A program made the position numbers and the translations under genes. A model generated the notes under the pieces. That model did no database searches. It saw only the letters and a list, made by a program, of their open reading frames with translations, and was not told where the DNA came from. 64,000 nt of DNA from Escherichia coli (lineage in GTDB: Bacteria; Pseudomonadota; Gammaproteobacteria; Enterobacterales; Enterobacteriaceae). The stretch's first letter is position 1; each line of letters starts with the position of its first letter. Shown piece after piece: positions 1 through 12,908 of the stretch. The stretch is from NCBI RefSeq assembly GCF_017348835.2, contig NZ_CP071375.1. One strand, given 5' to 3'.

Positions 1-21
1 CATGAGCGTAAAGCCAGCTGA
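1..21 (+). CDS. ribB: 3' end of ribB (3,4-dihydroxy-2-butanone 4-phosphate synthase), partial, runs off window start
   Basis: Final codons read H-E-R-K-A-S-stop, matching the remembered RibB C-terminus; a hairpin terminator follows; position next to zupT fits K-12 synteny. Confidence 0.45.
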   Translation, partial: HERKAS

Positions 22-53
22 AAACCGCTGCTTAAATTACTGCCTTAATCAAG

Positions 54-88
54 AAACCGAAGTTGTAGCAGGCTTCGGTTTTTATTTT
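54..88 (+). terminator. Rho-independent terminator after ribB
   Basis: Stem aaaccgaag / cttcggttt with T-run (ttttatttttc) directly downstream. Confidence 0.55.
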
Positions 89-258
89 TCCCTGCTATGC
101 AAGATGTTAATTCCGCTTCTCTTTCTATGAGAAAATTTCATTAATATCAGGCATTCTTTTTCATTATGATCAAAATCATATAATTGTTCCGTTATTATGC
201 GACCATATGAATATATCCGAAAAAGGATATGTGAAATTTATGCGCTAAATGTTTAGTA

Positions 259-453
259 TTGTTAAATATTAAGGGTAAAAGGATGTTTATCGCCTGGTAC
301 TGGATTGTATTGATTGCTCTGGTTGTGGTGGGTTATTTCCTGCATTTGAAACGTTATTGTCGGGCGTTTCGCCAGGACAGAGACGCACTGCTTGAAGCGC
401 GGAACAAATACTTAAACAGTACGAGAGAAGAGACAGCCGAAAAGGTAGAATAA
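259..453 (+). CDS. Small hypothetical membrane protein (56-64 aa, start ambiguous)
   Basis: ORF with one strongly hydrophobic helix-like stretch (FIAWYWIVLIALVVVGYFL) followed by a charged tail; followed by a perfect hairpin; not recognised by me as a named gene. Confidence 0.3.
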   Translation: MLNIKGKRMFIAWYWIVLIALVVVGYFLHLKRYCRAFRQDRDALLEARNKYLNSTREETAEKVE

Positions 454-469
454 GGCTTTCGTGAAGCTG

Positions 470-505
470 GCAGAAGTTGTCCATGCGCTGGACAACTTCT
501 GATGT
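470..505. terminator. Bidirectional hairpin terminator between the small ORF and zupT
   Basis: Perfect 13-bp inverted repeat cagaagttgtcca / tggacaacttctg, T-run after it; lies between two convergent stops. Confidence 0.55.
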
Positions 506-510
506 TGTTT

Positions 511-1284
511 TTAACCAATTCCCGCCGTTTGTAGCAGCACTAAACTGAATCCCATCACTGACATTCCACATAGTACGCCATAGCTGGGGTTATTATTAGG
601 GTCAATCTCTTTGGCGAGCGGCATTAATTCATCAACCGAGAGCGCCACCATAATTCCTGCAACCGCCGCCATGATTGCCGCCATGACCACGGGGGAAATC
701 ATGCTACCGAGGATTAACCACGCCAGCACACCACCAAGAATTTCTGCTAGTCCAGAAATCCCCGCCCACAGAATCGCCGTGCGTTTAGACCCCGTTGCTG
801 CGTAAACCGGGCCTGCCACTGCCAGACCTTCAGGAATATTGTGCAACGCTACGGCCAGAGCGATGCCAAATCCCAGCTCCAGGTTGCTGCTCGCCGTGAC
901 AAAGGTGGCAATCCCTTCCGGGAAGTTATGCAGACTGATGCCGAGAGTGAGCAGAATGGCTGTGCGCTTGATCGATTTTGGCAACGGCTGCACCGATTTT
1001 TGCATTAAATCCTGCGGATGCGCATGTGGCAACATGCGGTCCAGGCCAAAATAGCCAAGCAGACCGAAGATAAACATTCCATAACCCAACACAGGCGACA
1101 TTCCTTCAGCTGCTAGTGCGGCAGGAAGCATTTCCATTAATGAGATGAGCAACATGATCCCCGCCGCAAATCCTAGCGAAAACGCCAGTAAGCGGTTCGA
1201 GGGTTTTTGCCCGAGAACGCCGAGAAACGCGCCAATAAACGTGGCTGCCCCCGCCAGTATGGTCAGAATGAGAGGTACTGACAT
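511..1284 (-). CDS. zupT: Zinc transporter ZupT (ZIP family)
   Basis: Translation from [20 protein letters not shown]... (257 aa) matches remembered ZupT; ORF-track start is an upstream in-frame extension. Confidence 0.9.
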
Positions 1285-1399
1285 CGACAACTCCTTATAA
1301 ATCTTCACCTTCAGGCAGATCGTCAAAATAACTGATGATCATCATCATTGTTATCCGGGTTCTTACTCCGCCGAACAAGCGTATTGTGAGGATATCAAA

Positions 1400-2215
1400 A
1401 TGACACCTTTAGTTAAGGATATCATCATGTCTTCAACACGTATGCCAGCATTGTTTTTAGGTCACGGTAGTCCGATGAACGTGCTGGAAGATAATTTGTA
1501 TACCCGCAGCTGGCAGAAGTTGGGGATGACATTGCCACGCCCGCAAGCGATTGTGGTGGTTTCGGCTCACTGGTTTACCCGTGGAACAGGAGTGACCGCG
1601 ATGGAGACGCCGCCCACGATTCATGACTTTGGTGGCTTCCCGCAGGCGCTATACGATACACATTATCCTGCTCCGGGTTCGCCTGCGCTAGCACAGCGTC
1701 TGGTTGAGCTGTTAGCGCCGATCCCGGTGACGCTGGATAAAGAAGCCTGGGGCTTTGACCACGGTTCCTGGGGCGTGCTGATTAAGATGTATCCTGACGC
1801 GGATATCCCGATGGTGCAGTTGAGTATCGACAGTAGCAAACCTGCCGCCTGGCATTTCGAAATGGGGCGCAAACTCGCGGCGCTGCGAGATGAAGGAATA
1901 ATGTTGGTCGCCAGCGGTAACGTGGTGCATAACCTGCGCACAGTGAAGTGGCACGGTGATAGTTCACCGTATCCGTGGGCGACGTCGTTTAATGAGTATG
2001 TGAAAGCGAATCTGACGTGGCAAGGGCCGGTAGAGCAGCATCCTCTGGTGAATTATCTCGACCATGAAGGTGGCGCGTTATCGAACCCAACGCCAGAGCA
2101 CTATCTGCCGTTGTTGTATGTGTTAGGTGCGTGGGATGGGCAGGAGCCAATTACCATTCCGGTCGATGGTATAGAAATGGGCAGTTTAAGTATGCTGTCG
2201 GTGCAGATAGGTTAA
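1400..2215 (+). CDS. ygiD: Extradiol ring-cleavage dioxygenase-like protein YgiD (DODA family)
   Basis: 271-aa ORF with LFLGHGSPMN and dioxygenase class III signature; K-12 synteny; exact start uncertain (alternative ATG at 1427). Confidence 0.85.
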   Translation: MTPLVKDIIMSSTRMPALFLGHGSPMNVLEDNLYTRSWQKLGMTLPRPQAIVVVSAHWFTRGTGVTAMETPPTIHDFGGFPQALYDTHYPAPGSPALAQRLVELLAPIPVTLDKEAWGFDHGSWGVLIKMYPDADIPMVQLSIDSSKPAAWHFEMGRKLAALRDEGIMLVASGNVVHNLRTVKWHGDSSPYPWATSFNEYVKANLTWQGPVEQHPLVNYLDHEGGALSNPTPEHYLPLLYVLGAWDGQEPITIPVDGIEMGSLSMLSVQIG

Positions 2216-2252
2216 CAATTACCGGATGGCGAATGCCATCCGGCATCATTGA

Positions 2253-3413
2253 TTATTCAACAAAAATATGTGGATAAAACCGAGACATATCCTGGGTGAT
2301 CAATGCACGGTCTTCACGAATGCCAATTCCGGCGGGTTGATCGTTCACCAGCCAGCTACCAATCAGCATATAGCTGTCGCCGAATTTCGGTAACGGGTGG
2401 AATTGCTGAACAATCATCCCTTCTTCGCCATACGGACCTTCCGCTGCTTCAATGGTTTTGCCGTTCTCAATGATCGACACGTTTGCGCCTTCACGGGAGA
2501 AGATCGGTTTAACCACATATTTTTCCATTTGCGGATGATCATCTTCCGCAAAATAAGCGGGCAGCAGGTTCGGGTGATTCGGGAACATCTCCCACAGTAG
2601 CGGTAGAAGTGCCTTGTTGGAGATAATGCTCTTCCACGCCGGTTCCAGCCAGCGTACGCCTGCATCCTCCAGCTTGGTGGAAAACATCTCACGCAACATA
2701 AATTCCCACGGATACAGCTTGAACAGGTTGGAAATTACCTGATCCTGTAAATCCGTGAACTGACCTTTTTCACCTAACCCGATATCGTCAATGTAGAGGA
2801 ACTCGGTAGCGATTTCAGCTTCCGTCGCGCAGTCCTGCAAATACTGAATGGTTCCGCGATCTTCCACCGTGTCGCGACAGCAGGTGAGATGTAGCAACTG
2901 GAAGCCATACTGTTCACGCAGCTCAACGAAGCGATCGATCAGTTTTTCTTGCAGACTGTTAAACTGGTCGCTGCCCTCCGGCAAGTTACCGGCGTTAAGC
3001 TGATCTTCCAGCCAGATCCACTGAAAGAACGCCGCCTCGTATAGTGACGTTGGCGTATCGGCGTTATTTTCCAGAAGTTTAGGTTCGCCAGTGCCATCCC
3101 ACGCCAGATCAAGACGCGAATAAAGCGATGGCTGGTGCGTCAGCCATGACTGGCGCACAAAACTCCAGGTGTGTTTTGGAATGCGGAATTTGGTCATCAG
3201 CTCATCGCTGGCGATCACTTTTTCCACCACTTTCAGGCACATCTGGTGCAGTTCGGCGGTGACTTCTTCCAGCTTTTCAACCTGGGCGAGGGTCAACTTG
3301 TAGTAAGCATCTTCACACCAGTACGGCTCGCCGTACATGGTGTGAAAATTGAAGCCGTATTCGTGGGCTTTCTCACGCCAGTCCGGGCGCTCGGTAATAC
3401 TGACTCTTTCCAT
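2253..3413 (-). CDS. ygiC: Glutathionylspermidine synthase homologue YgiC (ATP-grasp)
   Basis: 386-aa ORF, paralogue of the Gss synthetase domain; downstream of ygiB and tolC as in K-12. Confidence 0.85.
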
Positions 3414-3418
3414 CGGTA

Positions 3419-4090
3419 TCAGCCACCCATTGAACGAGAAGAGGTACCGGTTGCGCTACGCTGCATAGTGCTTTGTTTGGCAACAGATTCACCAAAACCG
3501 CCACGGGTAACGGTAGTGGTGGTCGCCGGTTTTGGTGCCATTGCCGTCTTCGGTACGGTCATGGTGCGGCCTGGCTGGGCTGCGCCATAGTTTTTACCCG
3601 TCGCGTCGGTATATTTACCGTAAGCCGGACTGGCTGGGTTTTTCGAGGAGAACAGCGGCTGCTGTGCAAATCCCGCGCCGCCGCCCATCAGACGCCCCAT
3701 CATGTAACCGGCCATCAGCGGCATCCAGAAACTCCCGCTGGATTGCTGAGCCTGCGCCTGGTTTTCTGGTGCCATGCCAGCCTGGGCTGGTGCTTGCTGG
3801 CACTGACCTTCACCAAATTCAGCAACACAGTCTTCACGGGTGGCGTATTTCGGCGCAGTACGTTCGGCTTCTTTCAGCGCATTGTTGTACGCGGTGGTAC
3901 ATTCGGCGCTTTTGCCTGGGTTTGCAGCTGAACAGTCGTCAGCATTTTGATAGAGAGACACTGTTTCATCACTCTTTTCACAGCCAGCCAGCATAAAAAC
4001 AGTGGCAACCGCGAGAGCGACTGGTGTCAGATGGCGTGCGCTCCAGTTTTTGCGGAACGATGCGTGGCGTATGGATTTTGTCCGTTTCAT
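3419..4090 (-). CDS. ygiB: YgiB (DUF1190 family)
   Basis: 223 aa from [12 protein letters not shown]...; Gln/Ala-rich low-complexity central region; start 6 bp after ygiC start region, so probable tolC-ygiB-ygiC operon. Confidence 0.8.
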
Positions 4091-4237
4091 TTTTGTCTTC
4101 CGGGACCAGTGGTAAATACCCATCAGAATAGAGGATGGCTGGTCGAAATTGAAGCGAGAAGGGGGAAGAATGCGGCAGATAACCCGTATCTTTACGTTGC
4201 CTTACGTTCAGACGGGGCCGAAGCCCCGTCGTCGTCA

Positions 4238-5719
4238 TCAGTTACGGAAAGGGTTATGACCGTTACTGGTGGTAGTGCGTGCGGATGTTTGCTGAACGAC
4301 GGGGGCCGGGCTATCAGGCGCATAACCATCAGCAATAGCATTCTGTTCCGGCGTTTGCGGGGCAACGTTTTCCGGATTAGTGGAAACCGGTTTGCTCAGC
4401 GCATTGTTCAGTGCCAGCAGATCCTGCTCGTTCAACGTACCCAGGGCTGACTTAATATTCAGCTGATTAATCAGGTAGTTATAACGCGCATTCGCCAGCT
4501 CTTGCTTGGCGTTGTACAGCGTGGTGGTCGCATCCAACACATCAACAATGGTACGCGTACCGACCGAGTAGCCCGCTTCCATCGCGTCTAATGAGCTTTG
4601 AGCGGAAACTACGGCTTGTTTGTAGGCGTTAATACTACTGATAGAAGCATTAATGTTGTTGAAGGAGGAACGTACGGTTTGCACGACGCTACGATGTGCG
4701 CTTTCCAGTTGCTCGCTGGCACCAACAAAGTTGTACTGTGCCTGTTTCACCTGCGAGTTAACCATTCCGCCCTGATAAATCGGCAGCGAGAAGCTCAGGC
4801 CAACTTTGTTCTGGCCCATATTGCTATCGTCATACTGGGTACCAGCGGCACCACGGGTTTTCGAACCGCTATAAGAGGTGTCAGAAATCCCGGTAGAAGC
4901 CGTTAAATCCAGAGTCGGTAAGTGACCATCCTGCGCTTGGCGAATTTGCTCGCGGGCCAGGTCCTGGCTCAAGCGTGCCTGTAACAGCGACAGGTTGCGT
5001 TTTTCGGCTTCTTTCAGCAGCGCGTTAACCGGCTGTGGTTTGTCGGTTTTAAAGTTTTCGACATTCAGCGCCGCCAGTTCCGGATAGTAGTTACCGGTGA
5101 TCTGGCGCAGCTGCTCTACCGCGTTATCAAGGTTATTACGTGCGGTCACTTCGTTCGCCAGCACGGTATCGTACTGCGCGCGGGCGTTCTGCACGTCGGT
5201 GATCGCTACCAGGCCCACGTTAAAACGTTGGGTGGTTTGATCTAATTGACGGTAGATCGCTTCTTTTTGTGCCTGTGTATAGGAAAGAACGTCAATAGCA
5301 TTCAACACGTTGAAATAAGCGGTCGCGGTGTTGAGGATCAAGGTTTGCTGATCGGTCTGATATGTGACGTCCTGAATCCCTGCTGCTTTTTCCTGCAGCG
5401 TTAACGCACGCCATTTCGACATATCAAAAATGGATTGAGTTAACTGCAGGGACGCACTGGCCGCGTTAGAGTTGATGCCGTTCGCGTCGCGGTAGCCGTT
5501 GCTATAGGTGTAATCTGCACCTAAACCTAGCTGTGGCAGTAATGGACTGCGCGCTTCATTAATTTTTTCAAAGGCAGCATCACGATCGGCGGCAGACTTA
5601 CGCAATTCCGGGTTACTAAGGCGTGCTTGCTGATAAACTTGCATCAGGTTCTCGGCCTGGCTCAACGAACTGAACCCAGAAAGGCTCAGGCCGATAAGAA
5701 TGGGGAGCAATTTCTTCAT
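4238..5719 (-). CDS. tolC: Outer membrane channel TolC
   Basis: 493 aa from MKKLLPILIGLSLSGFSSLSQA (signal peptide) followed by ENLMQVYQQARLSNPELRKSAADRDAAFEKINEARSPLLPQLGLGADYTYSNGYRDANG; ORF-track start is a 13-codon upstream extension. Confidence 0.93.
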   Translation of the reverse strand: MKKLLPILIGLSLSGFSSLSQAENLMQVYQQARLSNPELRKSAADRDAAFEKINEARSPLLPQLGLGADYTYSNGYRDANGINSNAASASLQLTQSIFDMSKWRALTLQEKAAGIQDVTYQTDQQTLILNTATAYFNVLNAIDVLSYTQAQKEAIYRQLDQTTQRFNVGLVAITDVQNARAQYDTVLANEVTARNNLDNAVEQLRQITGNYYPELAALNVENFKTDKPQPVNALLKEAEKRNLSLLQARLSQDLAREQIRQAQDGHLPTLDLTASTGISDTSYSGSKTRGAAGTQYDDSNMGQNKVGLSFSLPIYQGGMVNSQVKQAQYNFVGASEQLESAHRSVVQTVRSSFNNINASISSINAYKQAVVSAQSSLDAMEAGYSVGTRTIVDVLDATTTLYNAKQELANARYNYLINQLNIKSALGTLNEQDLLALNNALSKPVSTNPENVAPQTPEQNAIADGYAPDSPAPVVQQTSARTTTSNGHNPFRN

Positions 5720-5923
5720 TTGCATTCCTTGTGGTGAAGCAGTATTTAGCGCGATCAAACTGTAAAATTATTGCGGATTCTAGCAGAAGCCGCTACCGCA
5801 AAAGGTTGGCGTTACGTGCCATAGGGCGTTAATGTGCCTCAATTTAACACATGACTGCTCAAACGGCAGTCAAACGTCGCTGAAATTCACATTTAATTCA
5901 CTATTAGTGCCAGGACATTAACA

Positions 5924-6553
5924 ATGCTTAAGCCAGACAACCTGCCCGTTACACTTGGCAAAAACGATGTAGAAATTATTGCACGAGAAACACTTTATCG
6001 CGGCTTTTTTTCATTAGATCTTTATAGATTTCGTCATCGTTTATTCAACGGGCAAATGAGTCATGAGGTACGGCGGGAAATTTTTGAGCGCGGTCACGCC
6101 GCAGTCTTGCTACCCTTTGACCCAGTGCGTGATGAAGTTGTGCTGATTGAGCAGATTCGGATTGCCGCATACGACACCAGTGAAACCCCCTGGCTACTGG
6201 AGATGGTTGCCGGGATGATTGAAGAGGGTGAAAGTGTGGAAGATGTTGCCCGTCGCGAAGCGATTGAAGAGGCGGGACTGATAGTCAAACGGACCAAACC
6301 GGTGTTAAGTTTCCTGGCAAGCCCGGGGGGCACCAGTGAGCGTTCGTCAATTATGGTGGGCGAAGTGGACGCCACGACCGCAAGCGGTATTCATGGTCTG
6401 GCTGATGAAAACGAAGATATTCGCGTTCATGTGGTAAGCCGGGAACAGGCATACCAGTGGGTAGAAGAGGGGAAAATCGACAACGCAGCGTCGGTCATCG
6501 CTTTGCAATGGCTGCAGCTGCATCATCAAGCGTTAAAAAATGAGTGGGCATAA
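5924..6553 (+). CDS. nudF: ADP-ribose pyrophosphatase (Nudix)
   Basis: 209-aa ORF with Nudix box ([23 protein letters not shown]); divergent from tolC as in K-12. Confidence 0.9.
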
Positions 6554-6976
6554 ATGAAGCGTTACACACCTGACTTTCCTGAAATGATGCGCCTGTGCGA
6601 GATGAACTTTTCACAATTGCGCCGTTTGTTACCGCGCAATGACGCACCCGGCGAAACTGTAAGCTATCAGGTGGCAAACGCACAATATCGGCTGACGATT
6701 GTGGAATCGACCCGATACACTACCCTGGTGACAATAGAACAGACTGCGCCCGCGATCAGTTACTGGAGCCTTCCGTCAATGACGGTGCGTCTGTATCATG
6801 ACGCGATGGTGGCTGAAGTGTGTTCAAGCCAGCAGATTTTTCGCTTCAAAGCGCGGTATGATTATCCTAATAAAAAGTTGCATCAACGCGACGAAAAGCA
6901 TCAAATTAACCAGTTTTTAGCGGACTGGTTGCGATACTGTTTAGCACATGGAGCGATGGCGATTCCGGTTTACTAG
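6554..6976 (+). CDS. yqiB: YqiB (DUF1249 family)
   Basis: 140-aa ORF starting at nudF stop (operon nudF-yqiB-cpdA-yqiA). Confidence 0.8.
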
Positions 6977-7000
6977 CGTCGTGAAACCTAAGGACACCAT

Positions 7001-7828
7001 TTGGAAAGCCTGTTAACCCTTCCTCTGGCTGGTGAGGCCAGAGTCAGGATTTTACAAATTACCGATACTCACCTGTTTGCACAAAAGCACGAAGCCCTGT
7101 TAGGGGTAAACACCTGGGAAAGCTACCAGGCGGTGCTGGAGGCGATTCGTCCACACCAGCACGAATTCGACCTGATTGTCGCGACAGGTGATTTAGCGCA
7201 GGATCAATCCTCTGCGGCCTATCAGCATTTCGCTGAAGGCATCGCAAGTTTTCGTGCGCCCTGCGTCTGGCTGCCGGGCAACCACGATTTCCAGCCCGCG
7301 ATGTACAGCGCGTTACAGGATGCGGGTATCTCCCCGGCGAAGCGCGTGTTTATTGGTGAGCAATGGCAAATCCTGTTGCTGGATAGCCAGGTGTTTGGCG
7401 TGCCGCACGGTGAGCTGAGCGAGTTTCAGCTTGAGTGGCTGGAACGTAAACTGGCCGATGCGCCAGAACGCCATACGTTGCTGCTGCTGCATCATCATCC
7501 GCTACCTGCGGGTTGTAGTTGGCTCGATCAACACAGTCTGCGTAACGCGGGCGAACTGGATACCGTGCTGGCGAAGTTTCCGCACGTCAAATACTTGCTG
7601 TGCGGTCATATTCATCAGGAGCTGGATCTCGACTGGAACGGTCGCCGCCTGCTGGCAACGCCGTCGACCTGTGTGCAGTTTAAGCCGCACTGTTCCAACT
7701 TTACGCTGGATACTATCGCGCCCGGCTGGCGTACTCTCGAGTTACATGCTGATGGCACGCTGACCACCGAGGTGCATCGCCTGGCGGACACACGTTTCCA
7801 ACCTGATACCGCTTCAGAAGGCTACTGA
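7001..7828 (+). CDS. cpdA: 3',5'-cyclic AMP phosphodiesterase (calcineurin-like metallophosphoesterase)
   Basis: 275 aa; metallophosphoesterase motifs (DTH, GDL, GNHD, GHIH); appears to use a TTG start. Confidence 0.9.
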   Translation: MESLLTLPLAGEARVRILQITDTHLFAQKHEALLGVNTWESYQAVLEAIRPHQHEFDLIVATGDLAQDQSSAAYQHFAEGIASFRAPCVWLPGNHDFQPAMYSALQDAGISPAKRVFIGEQWQILLLDSQVFGVPHGELSEFQLEWLERKLADAPERHTLLLLHHHPLPAGCSWLDQHSLRNAGELDTVLAKFPHVKYLLCGHIHQELDLDWNGRRLLATPSTCVQFKPHCSNFTLDTIAPGWRTLELHADGTLTTEVHRLADTRFQPDTASEGY

Positions 7829-8409
7829 TGTCTACGCTTCTTTATTTACACGGTTTCAACAGCTCGCCGCGCTCTGCAAAAGCGAGCTTGTTAAAAAACT
7901 GGCTGGCGGAACATCACCCTGACGTTGAGATGATCATTCCGCAGTTGCCGCCGTATCCTTCCGACGCGGCAGAGCTGCTGGAATCCATTGTCCTGGAACA
8001 TGGCGGCGATTCGCTGGGTATTGTCGGTTCGTCACTGGGGGGATATTACGCCACCTGGTTGTCACAATGTTTTATGCTGCCCGCAGTGGTGGTAAACCCG
8101 GCGGTGCGCCCGTTTGAACTGCTGACGGACTATCTCGGTCAGAACGAGAACCCCTACACCGGGCAGCAATATGTGCTAGAGTCACGCCATATTTACGATC
8201 TCAAAGTCATGCAGATTGACCCGCTGGAAGCGCCGGATTTGATCTGGCTGCTGCAACAGACGGGAGATGAAGTGCTGGATTACCGCCAGGCGGTGGCGTA
8301 CTACGCTTCCTGCCGCCAGACTGTCATAGAAGGCGGCAACCACGCATTCACGGGCTTCGAAGATTATTTCAACCCGATCGTCGATTTTCTTGGTCTGCAC
8401 CATCTCTGA
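7828..8409 (+). CDS. yqiA: Esterase YqiA (alpha/beta hydrolase)
   Basis: 193 aa, GSSLGG nucleophile elbow; start overlaps cpdA stop. Confidence 0.85.
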   Translation: MSTLLYLHGFNSSPRSAKASLLKNWLAEHHPDVEMIIPQLPPYPSDAAELLESIVLEHGGDSLGIVGSSLGGYYATWLSQCFMLPAVVVNPAVRPFELLTDYLGQNENPYTGQQYVLESRHIYDLKVMQIDPLEAPDLIWLLQQTGDEVLDYRQAVAYYASCRQTVIEGGNHAFTGFEDYFNPIVDFLGLHHL

Positions 8410-8434
8410 CGATCAACTCGAATTGCTAACTTAA

Positions 8435-10330
<1,896 letters not shown>

Positions 10331-10358
10331 TAATCCTCCCGCCAGAAGAATAAAACAT

Positions 10359-10391
10359 AGCCCGGTATACAAGTGTATACCGGGCTTTTTT
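10359..10391. terminator. Bidirectional terminator between parE and the TonB-dependent receptor gene
   Basis: Hairpin cccggtatac...gtataccggg followed by TTTTTT; between convergent stops. Confidence 0.6.
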
Positions 10392-10393
10392 GA

Positions 10394-12535
10394 TCAAAAT
10401 TCCATTTTCACCGTGAATTGCACTTCACGCGGATCGCCAATCTGATTCCCCAGATTATTTGTGGCGATGGAAGAGGTGTAATACGTTTTATCAAACAGGT
10501 TTTTGACGTTTAATTGCAGTGTGACCGGATACTGCAATTTCATTTTGTATGCGGCGAAGGCATCGGCAACGAAATAGCCTGGCAGATAATAGTCAGCCCC
10601 ATTGGTTGCCGAACGACGGCTTACGCCATGTCCACCACCGCCAAACGTCAGTGTGTTATTGCCTGGCATGTTATGAATGTCATAGGTCAGGAATAGCGAA
10701 CCGGTATGACGAGGAACATTCGGCAATGGTTTCCCTGCATAATCAGGATCTTCCAGAACCTTAGCATCGGTATAGCCGTAGCTGGCAATGATATTAATGT
10801 TTTCAGTTAATGCTCCCGCAAGGTCGACTTCTACCCCTCTTGAACGAACGCGGCCTGCCGTTTTGGCGATGGTTTCATCACCAATACTTTCGGTATACAA
10901 CACGTTACGTTTATGGATATCAAACAGCGCAATATCTGCGGTTATACCATCGAACAGCTCGAATTTTGCCCCGACTTCGTAAGCATTAGATGATTCCGGT
11001 GGAAGATCTCCGATGTAGCTGGCAATTGACGATTGCGGCATAAATGTTTGCGAATAATTAGCAAATAAGGATACCGATGGCGTCAGTTTGTAGACTAACC
11101 CCAGTTTGGGCGTCCATTGTTCATCGCGGCTGTCAGTATTGACATTAAAAGGACGGCCTTTACCCGCATACTGCGTGTAATACTGATAGCGGATCCCGGC
11201 GACGGCAATCCAGTTATCGGTCAGATAGAGCGCGTCCTGTGCATAAGCTGAGTAGCTCTCCTGTTTGATCGTCTGATCACTGTCCGACGCCGAAACCGTT
11301 GTGCATTTGCTGGTATTGCCATAAACGGGGTTGTAGATATTGAAATCTTTAGCGTTTTTACAGCGAATCATATCTGTGCGCAGAAGATCATAATATTCAT
11401 ATGACACCCCACCCAGAATCTCATTATAGAACCCAGCAATATCAACATTCCCTTGCAGATCCGCACGAGTAGAATGCATACGCTGGGTAGATCCCTGAGT
11501 TGCATCAACACGCCGTGTCAGCGTTCCTGTCGTTGCATCATACGCGGTAACGCGAGCCTGATTGTCGCTGTATTTATCCTGGCTGTAGCTGTAATCAAAG
11601 CGCGCTGTCCACTGGCTATTGAGATGATATTCTGCGTTGAGTTGCGCCAGATCGGACTGACCATCTGTAATATTAAACGGTTCGTCAAAACGTATTTTTC
11701 GATCAACGTTTACGGGCTGTTTCGTCGTAAGGTCGAAAATCGTTCCACGATCGAACGGAGTTTTATAGTCCCGATGGGAATAGAGCATGGTTACTGTTGC
11801 ATTATCACCAAACCAGGTGAGTGACGGGGCAATAAATGTACTGCGCTCTTTACCGAAGTTTCGCCAGTAATCTTCATCCTGCACTTCCCCCGTCAGGCGG
11901 TATGTCAGCTGAGTGCCTTCAATGGGACCTGTGATATCAAGTTGCCCAGTGCCTCCGCCAAAACTGGAGGACGTGGCTGAGACAGAACCATGGAATGTTT
12001 TTTCCGGGCGCTTGGTCACGACGTTAATCAATCCACCAGGATCGAGAATGCCATACAGCGTGGAGGCCGGACCTTTTAGCACTTCCACACGTTCTGTGGC
12101 GGCGTTGAAACTGCGAGGAAGTACAGTTCGCAGACCGTTGGTCATGATGGAGCCATCCCGGTTAGCACCAAACCCACGACGTACAAAGGCGTCCTGAGTT
12201 CCGCCTAATGTATTGGTCTGTACCACGTTACTGACGTTATAAAGCGCTTCATCCAGCGTCGTTGCATTCTGATTTTCCAGAACCTGATCGCTAACCGTAT
12301 TGACCACCTGCGGAATATCCAGCATCGGCATATCGGTTAATGTCGCCGTGGAAGTGCTCAGAGGTTGATAACCATCGGTCGCCTCAGTTGCGGTATTTGC
12401 ATCCGCTGTAACAGTGATTGTTTCGCCATCTTTGGTCGTTGCAGTGTCGGTTGCATGAATCATTGGTGCTGCAAAGAGCAGTGAAAAGAGCGCCCGACCT
12501 TTGATTCCTGAGAATGAAGGTGTGAACTTAGCCAT
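10394..12535 (-). CDS. TonB-dependent outer-membrane siderophore/iron receptor (accessory, not in K-12 at this site)
   Basis: 713 aa; signal peptide, TonB-box-like ETITVTA, plug-domain motifs, C-terminal aromatic residue (..KMEF); similarity to fitA is from memory only. Confidence 0.85.
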   Translation of the reverse strand: MAKFTPSFSGIKGRALFSLLFAAPMIHATDTATTKDGETITVTADANTATEATDGYQPLSTSTATLTDMPMLDIPQVVNTVSDQVLENQNATTLDEALYNVSNVVQTNTLGGTQDAFVRRGFGANRDGSIMTNGLRTVLPRSFNAATERVEVLKGPASTLYGILDPGGLINVVTKRPEKTFHGSVSATSSSFGGGTGQLDITGPIEGTQLTYRLTGEVQDEDYWRNFGKERSTFIAPSLTWFGDNATVTMLYSHRDYKTPFDRGTIFDLTTKQPVNVDRKIRFDEPFNITDGQSDLAQLNAEYHLNSQWTARFDYSYSQDKYSDNQARVTAYDATTGTLTRRVDATQGSTQRMHSTRADLQGNVDIAGFYNEILGGVSYEYYDLLRTDMIRCKNAKDFNIYNPVYGNTSKCTTVSASDSDQTIKQESYSAYAQDALYLTDNWIAVAGIRYQYYTQYAGKGRPFNVNTDSRDEQWTPKLGLVYKLTPSVSLFANYSQTFMPQSSIASYIGDLPPESSNAYEVGAKFELFDGITADIALFDIHKRNVLYTESIGDETIAKTAGRVRSRGVEVDLAGALTENINIIASYGYTDAKVLEDPDYAGKPLPNVPRHTGSLFLTYDIHNMPGNNTLTFGGGGHGVSRRSATNGADYYLPGYFVADAFAAYKMKLQYPVTLQLNVKNLFDKTYYTSSIATNNLGNQIGDPREVQFTVKMEF

Positions 12536-12908
12536 TTAGTCTGTTATCCCAAAAACTCACGGATTGTCGTGAGTGAAAATTGTTTCTTGTTGCTCACTAA
12601 GCACTATCCGTTTGTTATTTCACCATCGGATATGTAATTGAGAATCATTCAACCATGCGCTGATGTAGTAGTAAATGAGAAATAACAAAAAATTGCTACA
12701 TGTGTTTTTATGAGAGGTTAATGCAATTCAATTGATGGTAATTTATTAATATTTAATGGTTTTATTTTTATCTTTAAAAATATTTCACCTATTATTTACC
12801 TTGTTTTTGTATGGCTTTTAACTTCTTGACTACTACATTTTGTGGCGTCAAACTCTCAAAGGAGAATGAGTTTTATTTTTGTTTGTCTTTGATTAAGTTG
12901 GCGTACAC
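12536..12908. promoter_or_regulatory. AT-rich divergent promoter region for receptor gene and ABC operon, with Fur-box-like element near 12634-12652
   Basis: About 370 bp AT-rich intergenic between divergent starts; gagaatcattc resembles half of the Fur consensus GATAATGATAATCATTATC. Confidence 0.35.

Noticed and set aside
4238-5758. N-terminally extended starts given by the ORF track for tolC, ygiB, ygiW, ygiS, yqhD, yqhC, metC, yqhA, yghU, hybD/E/F and others
   Set aside because: Signal peptides, RBS positions and remembered protein lengths support internal start codons; the extensions come from taking the first in-frame start.
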